A stretch of 64,000 bases of DNA from Myxococcales bacterium (GTDB taxonomy: Bacteria > Myxococcota_A > UBA9042 > UBA3505): NCBI GenBank assembly GCA_002728755.1, contig PBVT01000085.1:114226-178225 (forward strand), given 5' to 3'. Under the pieces are notes generated by a model that was not told the origin of the DNA, searched no databases, and saw only the letters and a list, made by a program, of their open reading frames with translations. This document shows, piece by piece, positions 1 to 7,691 of the stretch (position 1 is the stretch's first letter; the number at the start of each line of letters is the position of its first letter). The translations under genes and the position numbers were made by a program.

Positions 1-3000
1 CTGCGTACTCCAGAACGAAGTCAGCGATCTTATTGAGAGTGGAGTAGTCCTGTAGACTCAGATCTTCTACCGGAGCGATGCCGTAGGTCTCTCGCACGGT
101 GGCAAAGAGCTCGGCTTGCTTGACGGTGTCGATACCAAGATCGGCTTCGAGGTCCAGGTCTGGCTCCAGCATATCTACCGGATACCCAGTCTGCTCCGAG
201 ACGAGATCAAGGAGAGTCTTGAGAATGGCAGGCTTTTGAAGATCGGTCGCAGGGGCCGCCGCTTCTTTTTTCTCTGCAGGAGCTGGCGGTGTGGGAGCGG
301 TATCGGCCGCAGGGGTTCCCGAATATTCGATCACGAAATCTGTGATCCTATTCAGGGTTGAGTAGTCCTGCAGACGAAGATCTTCGACGGGCGCGATACC
401 GTATTTCTCGCGTACGGCGGCGAACAACTCGGCCTGTTTCACAGTGTCGATACCAAGGTCCGCTTCTAGATCGAGATCGGGTTCCAGCATATCGACGGGG
501 TACCCGGTCTGTTCTGCGACCATCTCGAGTAGGGCTTTAAGGATCGCGCCACGGTCCTCCGTAGCAGCCGGCGCGGGGGCCGTTGCGGCGGCCTTTGGAG
601 CGGCAGCCACAGGAGCCGTTTCCGCTGGGGTGGATGCTGCTGCAGAGTCGGTGCCACTTCGCTCAAGAACGAAGTCAGCGATCTTATTCAGAGTCGCGTA
701 GTCCGAGAGCTGAAGGTCTTCCACCGGGGCGATATTGTATTTCTCACGTACGGACGCGAAGAGCTCGGCCTGTTTGACGGTATCAATACCCAGGTCGGCT
801 TCGAGATCCAGATCGGGAGCTAGCATATCCACGGGATAACCAGACTGTTCCGCCACCATTGTGAGAAGGGATTTCAACACCTCGTCTCGATCGAGAGAAC
901 CCGTGGGAGCTGGCGCTACATGCGCCTTTACTTCGACCTTCGGGGCCGGAGTTTCCGTTGGTGTTTGTCCCGAACCGGTCCCCGAACGCTCTACGACGAA
1001 GTCGGCGATTTTGTTCAAGGTGGCGTAATCGGAGAGTTGAAGATCTTCGACCGGGGCGATGTTGAAGGCCTCTCGTACAGACGCGAAGAGCTCGGCCTGT
1101 TTCACGGTATCAATACCCAGATCGGCTTCGAGATCCAGATCAGGTGCGAGCATATCGACGGGGTAGCCAGTCTGTTCGGACACCATATTAAGGAGCGTTT
1201 TAACGATGCCGTCACGGTCCTGGGCGGCCGGTTTGGCCGTAGGTGCTGGGCTGGCCTTTGCCTTCGGGGGCTCCGTCGCTGCGGGTGCAGGTGCGGGTGC
1301 GGCTGCGCCATCACCCGAGTTGGCCCGCGCCATTACAAAGTCGGCGATTTTATCCAGGGTGGCGTAATCGGAGAGTTGGAGGTCTTCGACCGGAGCAATA
1401 TTGTACGCCTCACGTACGGACGCGAAGAGTTCGGCCTGCTTCACGGTGTCGATCCCCAGATCTGCTTCAAGGTCGAGGTCCGGTGCGAGCATGTCCACAG
1501 GGTAGCCTGTCTGCTCAGACACCAATTGAAGTAGAGCCTGTACTACGGCACCACGTTCCAGATCTGCTGTCGGTGCTTTGGTGGGGGCCGGGGTAGCTTT
1601 GGCCTCAGGCTGTACGGCAGGGGCCACCATCTCTGTCGCACCTTCTGCCACGCGAGCTTTAAGGATACGTCCATCAAGGAACACTTCGCCAGCTGTCGCA
1701 TCGACGCATTCGGCAAGGAAGCGTTGATAGAGTCCTGGGTTGGCGATGGTCTGCGGGCCGTCGGCGATCTTTTCGAAACCGACCAGGGCGATCTGGCTAC
1801 CAAAACCGGCACCAAGACGTACACCAAAACGGGCGTCGAAAGCACCCCCGCTGGAAAGGTTCAAATCGCTGAAGGCTGAATCCAGATCGTTGGCGTTCGC
1901 AAGTGGTGGAACGGTTCCGAACTGAAGAATCTTTACGAGGAGGCCGTCTTCAATACCAGCACCCATTGGATGACCCGTATAGCCCTTTACATTGGCAACA
2001 CAGACTCCACCGGACGCGTTCCCGAAGGCTCTACGTAGGCTTTGCGCTTCGGCTTCAGACGATCCGCCACGCGCTGGGGTATAGGTCTCATGGGACATGA
2101 AGACGGTGTTCGGGGCCATCTCTGCGATGGGGACACCGGCGCTCTGCGACATATCTTCGACCAGCTCTGTGAACAGCTCGGAGATATGCTCCACATCCAG
2201 GCGCGTTCCGTGGAAGGCACTATTACCAAACCGGTCTGCCAGAATGCGTACCAACGGTGTTACGCCACGAGATTCGGCGAGACCATCGGCTTCGAGTACG
2301 AGCCCTACGGCTCCCGCGCCGACGATCATACCATTGCGTTGGGTACCAAATGGGACGGCGGCCTGGGTGACATCGGATTCGATTGTTGCGGCACCTGCGG
2401 CCAGGAAGCCACTTCCGAACCATGGCATCAAGCGATCACTGGAGACATTATCTGCGCCGACTACGATGACTCGTTTACAGCGACCCAATCGAATCCAGTC
2501 GGAGGCGATACCCAGGGCCTGTGTCGTACTCGCGCAGGCGGCGTTCACATGTGTGGATGGCCCTTTCAATCCGAGGAACTGCGCCAGCTGGGTATGACCC
2601 ATCGCGAGAATTCGGAACAAGAAACGTCGATCAAAGGTGTACTCGGATTCTTTCGATGCTGCTTTCGCTGTCTCCAATTGGGAGCTCAATGCGTCGAGTG
2701 TTTCCTTGGAGGCTCCGGCCTTTTCTGCCGTTTCCAACGCGATTTGGAGGGATTCCACTCGGGCCTGGCTTTCGCGGTCCGCTACAATGGAGTCGTATTC
2801 TTCGGTGAAATTTTCAATGCCTGGGAATGCCGATGCGAAGATCACACCGGTGTCTTTACCGATGCTTTCTGGAATCTGGAAACCGCTCGGTAATTTTTTC
2901 CCAGTCGTCGTTACCTGGTACCGGGGCACAACAGGAATATGTGCGTCTTTCAACGCCTCCATCGCCGCAGCGATGACCATTCGAGTCGTGATGTCGAGAG

Positions 3001-6000
3001 CCTGGTTGAAGCTTTTTGGTACTTCATAATCTCCGACGACGTCGAGCTTACCCGGACGTCCACCCAGCTGGATGATACCTTCCGTCTTTGTAATTCGTTC
3101 GAAACTTCCCGCGCCAGACGCGTTCTTTACGAGCCGTTCGATGTTTTTACCGAGCATCTTTTCGATGAGCTGGCCGGGGAGGCTTTCGATTCGATTCTCA
3201 CCATTCAGAAGACGGCTGAAGTTGTCGTCTGCGAACATTTCGTAATCGGCGCCTGGTAGACCAATCGATGCACCCGTAATGCAAACGGGCGATACTGCGG
3301 ATGGTGTGTGTTCTACGGTAGCGGAGCTGGCTTTGCCGGGGCTGGCCTGCGCTTCTATGGCCTGTGCCACGGAAGGCGCGCCGAGACCTGCAGCGTACAG
3401 GCTCACCAGCGCATTTCGGAAACTAGCCAGATCCCCCTGTTTGGGGTGATTGGTCGAAACGGCCAGAACATTTTTCCCCAGGGTATCCAGAATAAGACGG
3501 CTTAGCGCGGACTTGGGTCCAACCTCGACAAAGGTGTCGTACCCATCTCGCTTCATATTCTGCACGATTCCGATCCAGTTTACGGAAGCAGCGACTTGTT
3601 TACCGAGGAGATCGCGAATGGTGTCTTCGGCGCCGTCGCCTGTTGGGTATTCTTCGGCGGTTACATCCGAATAGATGGGGAAGTTCGGTTTGCTGACGTC
3701 CAATTTTCCTAATAGAGCGCGCAGAGGCCGGGTCGCAGGTTCCACAATCGGGCTATGGAACGCATGGCTTACGGGTAGGGGAATCGCGCGAATGCCCAGC
3801 TCGTTGCACCGCTCCACAAGCTTGTCTACGGCCGCCGACTCACCGGCTGCTACGGTCTGATTCGGACTATTTCGATTTGCTGCGATCAACATGCCGTCGA
3901 TCTCGTCGATGAGCTTATCGACCTCTTTGGCGTCGGCGATGATCGAAGCCATTTTGCCTGGATCATCGATCTTTACATTGGCCATCTCACGGGCGCGGCT
4001 GGTTACAACTCGGACCGTATCCTTCAAGTCGAGAACGCCGGCTGCGGCGACAGCGCCGTATTCTCCAAGACTATGGCCGGCCACACCGTGAGGGCTAATA
4101 CCATAGGCCTTCACAAGCTCTGTAAGCGCCAGATCCATGGCGAGGACACCAGGCTGGGTATAGACCGTATAGCGTAGTTTCTTTTCGCAGAGGTCTTTGT
4201 CGAGTCGCCCAAACATAATGTCAGACAATCGCTCTTCAATTGTGTCTTCCATCAAGGTGTCGATGTCATCGATGACCTTCTGCGCTACAGAATACTTCTT
4301 ACACAGCTCGGCACCCATACCGACGTATTGCGAACCCTGGCCCGGATAGACGAACGCTACTTTTCCAGGGGCGCCATTCCATAGAGCGACATCTTGTCCC
4401 TGGAACCTTTCACCACGAGCCACGAGGGCTTTGGCGCGACGAAGGCGAGTAGCAGCTTCCGCGAGATCGTTACCACCAACGACGAGCCGCCATTCACCCA
4501 CCAGACTGCCAGGGGCTACTGGTGCCGGGTTTTTTGTTGGCGAAGTTTCTAGTTGCGCCAGCGCTGCGTCGACTTGTTTTTCGATCTCAGCGGTGGTTTT
4601 CCCTGCGAAGCCAAGCATGACACCGGGAATCGTATCCACGGAGAGCTGACTATTCGAAATTTCGATGGGAGCATCTTGGCTTGCTTTTGTAGCCATACGG
4701 CCATTCTCCTCAGACCATGCTGCGAGACCAACGGGCTCTAGAGCCTCAACGTCTCCTGCAAGGTCCTCTGGTGCTTCACCGAGGACCATGTGAAAGTTTG
4801 TTCCACCAAATCCAAAGGCGCTGAGACCAACGATCCGTGACTGATCTCCACGGTTCCAGGGTTCGGGCTCTAGTTGGAGTCGGAACGGAGTATTTTCGAA
4901 ACCAATCTTTGGATTGGGAGTCTGGACATTAATGGTGGGCAGCTTTGTATTATGTTCCAGACAAAGCAGTGCCTTAAACATACCTGCTGCGCCAGCACCG
5001 GCCTTCAAATGGCCGATATTGCTCTTCACGGATCCCAGAGACACGCTCTGTAGCGCCGCACCGGCCTCGGCGAAGGTCGCGGACAGAACACCTGCTTCCA
5101 CGGCGTCACCGACAGTTGTACCCGTACCATGGGCCTCTAAGAGTCCAACTTCCGATGGTGATACACCAGCATCTTTATAGGCTCGTTGTACGGCAAGGCG
5201 TTGTCCTTCTGGGTTCGGAGCCGTAATCCCTTTGCCCTTTCCATCCGAGCTGGCGCCAATGCCGAGAATGACACCGAGCACACGGTCGCCATCTCGACGT
5301 GCATCGCTAAGACGTTTAAGGACGAACGCTGCGCCACCTTCACCCATGACGAAGCCCGACGCTCGACTATCAAAGGGGAAGCTTCCATCTGCACTCAAGG
5401 CTCCAATGCGGCAGAATTTAGCGAACATTTCGGGGCCATTGCAGCGATCTACACCGCCAGCGATGGCCATGTCACAATCGTGATGTTGCAACATGCGTCT
5501 GGCTGTCATGAATGTAGCCAGACTTGAAGCGCAAGCGGCATCGCATGCGAAATTGGGCCCGCGTAGGTTTAATACGTTGGCGATTCGACCAGCGAACACG
5601 TTGGCCAACTCACCAGGCATACTGTCTTCGTTAATCGGAGCGTGGTGTGCATCACCAAAATTCTGGCGAGATTCATGGATAATCCGCTCTTGTATCTCCG
5701 GTGATAGTTCCCGGAACGAAGGACTCTCTCGAAGCGCATTACCGACAAAAGGCCAGTTCATCGTCATGGATGTTCGTACGTGTTGTTCGCCACCCATACT
5801 ATTTCCAATTACGACGCCTACGCGCGTGCGATCGAAATCGTTGTCGAGACCGTAGCCGGCATCTTCCAGGGCATCGGCGGCCGCCGTTACAATCCAGCGT
5901 TGACCGTGATCCATACGGTCCGCAACCTTGGGCGGAATACGAAATCGCAGGCTTTGAAACTCAAAGTCCCGTATGAAGCTACCAATTCGGCTATAGATAC

Positions 6001-6205
6001 CAAATGGGCTGGCAGGATCGGGATCATAGAAATCATCGATGCGCCAACGGTCCTCTGGGACTTCGGTGATTGCACTCTGACTTTGCAGCAGAAACTGTGC
6101 AAAGGTCTTCGTGTTCAACCCGCCTGGCAATACGCAGGCTTTACCTATAATCGCGATGGCCTGGTCGTCCCAATCAGCTACTTTTGTATTTGTATTGGTC
6201 TTCAT
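1..6205 (-). CDS. Giant PfaA-like type I polyketide/fatty-acid synthase, KS-AT-KS-ACPx5(+); 3' end lies beyond the left window edge
   Basis: Absent from the ORF track because the frame is open to the edge. Manual translation from ATG 6205 (in-frame stop upstream at 6233-6235) gives MKTNTNTKVADWDDQAIAIIGKACVLPGG. KS1 motifs: DAACASSL (Cys 5531-5533), EAHGTGT, KSNIGHLK, SAFGFGGTNFH. AT motifs: FVYPGQGSQ, GHSLG (4064-4078), HAFH. KS2 motifs: NAACAS (2528-2545), SHETYT, TGHPMG. Five ACP repeats follow in the same frame down to position 2. Confidence 0.95.
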   Translation of the reverse strand, partial: MKTNTNTKVADWDDQAIAIIGKACVLPGGLNTKTFAQFLLQSQSAITEVPEDRWRIDDFYDPDPASPFGIYSRIGSFIRDFEFQSLRFRIPPKVADRMDHGQRWIVTAAADALEDAGYGLDNDFDRTRVGVVIGNSMGGEQHVRTSMTMNWPFVGNALRESPSFRELSPEIQERIIHESRQNFGDAHHAPINEDSMPGELANVFAGRIANVLNLRGPNFACDAACASSLATFMTARRMLQHHDCDMAIAGGVDRCNGPEMFAKFCRIGALSADGSFPFDSRASGFVMGEGGAAFVLKRLSDARRDGDRVLGVILGIGASSDGKGKGITAPNPEGQRLAVQRAYKDAGVSPSEVGLLEAHGTGTTVGDAVEAGVLSATFAEAGAALQSVSLGSVKSNIGHLKAGAGAAGMFKALLCLEHNTKLPTINVQTPNPKIGFENTPFRLQLEPEPWNRGDQSRIVGLSAFGFGGTNFHMVLGEAPEDLAGDVEALEPVGLAAWSEENGRMATKASQDAPIEISNSQLSVDTIPGVMLGFAGKTTAEIEKQVDAALAQLETSPTKNPAPVAPGSLVGEWRLVVGGNDLAEAATRLRRAKALVARGERFQGQDVALWNGAPGKVAFVYPGQGSQYVGMGAELCKKYSVAQKVIDDIDTLMEDTIEERLSDIMFGRLDKDLCEKKLRYTVYTQPGVLAMDLALTELVKAYGISPHGVAGHSLGEYGAVAAAGVLDLKDTVRVVTSRAREMANVKIDDPGKMASIIADAKEVDKLIDEIDGMLIAANRNSPNQTVAAGESAAVDKLVERCNELGIRAIPLPVSHAFHSPIVEPATRPLRALLGKLDVSKPNFPIYSDVTAEEYPTGDGAEDTIRDLLGKQVAASVNWIGIVQNMKRDGYDTFVEVGPKSALSRLILDTLGKNVLAVSTNHPKQGDLASFRNALVSLYAAGLGAPSVAQAIEAQASPGKASSATVEHTPSAVSPVCITGASIGLPGADYEMFADDNFSRLLNGENRIESLPGQLIEKMLGKNIERLVKNASGAGSFERITKTEGIIQLGGRPGKLDVVGDYEVPKSFNQALDITTRMVIAAAMEALKDAHIPVVPRYQVTTTGKKLPSGFQIPESIGKDTGVIFASAFPGIENFTEEYDSIVADRESQARVESLQIALETAEKAGASKETLDALSSQLETAKAASKESEYTFDRRFLFRILAMGHTQLAQFLGLKGPSTHVNAACASTTQALGIASDWIRLGRCKRVIVVGADNVSSDRLMPWFGSGFLAAGAATIESDVTQAAVPFGTQRNGMIVGAGAVGLVLEADGLAESRGVTPLVRILADRFGNSAFHGTRLDVEHISELFTELVEDMSQSAGVPIAEMAPNTVFMSHETYTPARGGSSEAEAQSLRRAFGNASGGVCVANVKGYTGHPMGAGIEDGLLVKILQFGTVPPLANANDLDSAFSDLNLSSGGAFDARFGVRLGAGFGSQIALVGFEKIADGPQTIANPGLYQRFLAECVDATAGEVFLDGRILKARVAEGATEMVAPAVQPEAKATPAPTKAPTADLERGAVVQALLQLVSEQTGYPVDMLAPDLDLEADLGIDTVKQAELFASVREAYNIAPVEDLQLSDYATLDKIADFVMARANSGDGAAAPAPAPAATEPPKAKASPAPTAKPAAQDRDGIVKTLLNMVSEQTGYPVDMLAPDLDLEADLGIDTVKQAELFASVREAFNIAPVEDLQLSDYATLNKIADFVVERSGTGSGQTPTETPAPKVEVKAHVAPAPTGSLDRDEVLKSLLTMVAEQSGYPVDMLAPDLDLEADLGIDTVKQAELFASVREKYNIAPVEDLQLSDYATLNKIADFVLERSGTDSAAASTPAETAPVAAAPKAAATAPAPAATEDRGAILKALLEMVAEQTGYPVDMLEPDLDLEADLGIDTVKQAELFAAVREKYGIAPVEDLRLQDYSTLNRITDFVIEYSGTPAADTAPTPPAPAEKKEAAAPATDLQKPAILKTLLDLVSEQTGYPVDMLEPDLDLEADLGIDTVKQAELFATVRETYGIAPVEDLSLQDYSTLNKIADFVLEYA
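2..1560 (-). repeat. Five tandem ACP-domain repeats (~320-340 bp period) separated by Ala/Pro-rich linkers
   Basis: Recurring motif EQTGYPxDMLxPDLDLEADLGIDTVKQAELFAxVRE. The DT-motif Thr codons are at 1445-1447, 1106-1108, 779-781, 443-445 and 125-127. Copies differ at synonymous positions. Confidence 0.95.
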
Positions 6206-6280
6206 CAAAAATCTCGAATTGAATTCAAGGAATCAACGGAAGGTACGGATGTGCCGTTTTCGTGAGTCGGCCCGCGCATA

Positions 6281-6296
6281 TGCAATGCCCATGCCA
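6281..6296 (-). promoter_or_regulatory. sigma54 (-24/-12) promoter of the PKS
   Basis: Minus strand reads TGGCATG-GGCA-TTGCA against the consensus TGGCACG-N4-TTGCW, with exact GG-N10-GC spacing, ~76 nt upstream of the PKS ATG. Confidence 0.8.
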
Positions 6297-6394
6297 GAAC
6301 GCTTCCAAACTAATAGATAATGAGTTTTGACGGTTTTTTACTGGATTTAAACCGTGTGTTTTACAGCGCAGCGATACGTTTCTTAAATCTTGTT

Positions 6395-6416
6395 CGGATT
6401 ACGGCCGGTGAATCCG
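6395..6416. promoter_or_regulatory. Inverted repeat CGGATT-N10-AATCCG, candidate enhancer (UAS) for a sigma54 activator
   Basis: Perfect 6-bp arms ~100-120 bp upstream of the sigma54 site, separated from it by an AT-rich stretch (6300-6390). Confidence 0.35.
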
Positions 6417-6513
6417 CGGATCGCAGGATCCTTATGAATATTCGCCAAACCACCCCGGAGTGCGAAATCATTCACGCACTGGGTTGGTGGGGGTTACCTT
6501 GTGGCGATAGGGC

Positions 6514-7527
6514 CTAAATGAGCCGGATCAGGTTTACGGGCTGCGGAGCAACACGAAGATTGATCTCGTCACGGTTACCGGCGGCATCGCCAGCAACCTG
6601 GTACGGGGTTGGTTCCGAGAACTCGATTTTAACAGACTCGGCCACGAAATCGGTGACGGAGTTACCGTGGTAGGTCCCTTTCCATAGGGACGGCAGCATT
6701 GTAAGCGACTTAGCGACATTGGCCGTTCCGACACGGAGTTGGAACATGGAAGGATACTTGCGGGCGTGCGGAAGCATCTTCATGCCATAGCCGTAGTACG
6801 GGGTCGTTCCAGCGGCCACCAATGAGACCGGACCTTCGTAAACGACGTCACCATGATCCACAAACTCTTGTACGAGCCCATTTTCACCAAGAATGAACGC
6901 CTGGTCGCCGGTGTTTGTAATACGGGCGGACAATTTACTGCCCTTGAAGGCCTGACTACAACGACGAGGTATGGTGCGGGAGAAGGCGGCCAGAAAATAT
7001 CCGACGACATTCTTGACCAATGGGCCAGCGTATTGGCCTGCCAAACCATCTTTCATAGAATTATAATCGTGGAGTACCTGTGCATCTAGACCGGCTCCAG
7101 CGAAGGGAGACAAGACACCGTCATCGTCGCATAGGAGCGAGATGGGCATGTCGTCTCGTTGCTGCTGGGTCAGGAAGCTGCGCAGATCGTCTTCCGGCGA
7201 TGAGGAGGATACCAGATGCGCCAATGCATTACCGGTACCGAGCCGTAGCATGCCAATTCGTGGCCAGGGGCGTCCTTCCGCGATCTCTTCAAGGCTGTTG
7301 ATGAGACCCACAAAGGTGCCGTCACCACCGCCAGCAAATACGTTTTCATAGCCTTTATCCAGGATATCACGTACGGCCTCTTTGGATTCCTCCGGAGACT
7401 GGGTGGCGTATACCTGGTGCTCAGGAACCCATTCGTGGATCTGCTCCATGACGTGCTTGTTCACACGGCGAGCATTTTGGTTGATGAGCAGGGCGACTTG
7501 TTGTCGTTGGTGCATAGAAACATCCAT
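6514..7527 (-). CDS. Diacylglycerol/lipid kinase family protein (DgkB/YegS/BmrU-like)
   Basis: Motifs INQNA, AGGGDGT, LRLGTGNALA, GAGLDA, YYGYGM, YQVAGD. Start is uncertain (ATG 7527 or 7515). Confidence 0.9.
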   Translation of the reverse strand: MDVSMHQRQQVALLINQNARRVNKHVMEQIHEWVPEHQVYATQSPEESKEAVRDILDKGYENVFAGGGDGTFVGLINSLEEIAEGRPWPRIGMLRLGTGNALAHLVSSSSPEDDLRSFLTQQQRDDMPISLLCDDDGVLSPFAGAGLDAQVLHDYNSMKDGLAGQYAGPLVKNVVGYFLAAFSRTIPRRCSQAFKGSKLSARITNTGDQAFILGENGLVQEFVDHGDVVYEGPVSLVAAGTTPYYGYGMKMLPHARKYPSMFQLRVGTANVAKSLTMLPSLWKGTYHGNSVTDFVAESVKIEFSEPTPYQVAGDAAGNRDEINLRVAPQPVNLIRLI

Positions 7528-7575
7528 AAGCAAAAACAGAATCTACCGTAGACCGATAGATTTCCGCGCTATAGT

Positions 7576-7591
7576 AGCAAGATTCGTACCA
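7576..7591 (-). promoter_or_regulatory. sigma54 (-24/-12) promoter of the lipid kinase gene
   Basis: Minus strand reads TGGTACG-AATC-TTGCT, with exact GG-N10-GC spacing, 50-60 nt upstream of the start. Confidence 0.75.
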
Positions 7592-7691
7592 GAACATGTT
7601 CTGTGTAATTTCAAGGTCTTGCGTGTATGAGCGTCCCTCGTGGGCGCGTATTCTTTTTCGCACTGCGTCAAAAGGGTGGCAGTTTTGTAAC

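Noticed and set aside
2-1560. Periodic DNA repeats as a possible CRISPR array or mobile repeat
   Set aside because: The period is ~330 bp, in frame, diverged at synonymous sites, and encodes ACP domains.
116-6265. Many plus-strand ORFs in the track (e.g. 920-1534, 2042-2893, 5780-6265)
   Set aside because: Antisense shadows of the continuous minus-strand PKS frame; they have no protein motifs of their own.
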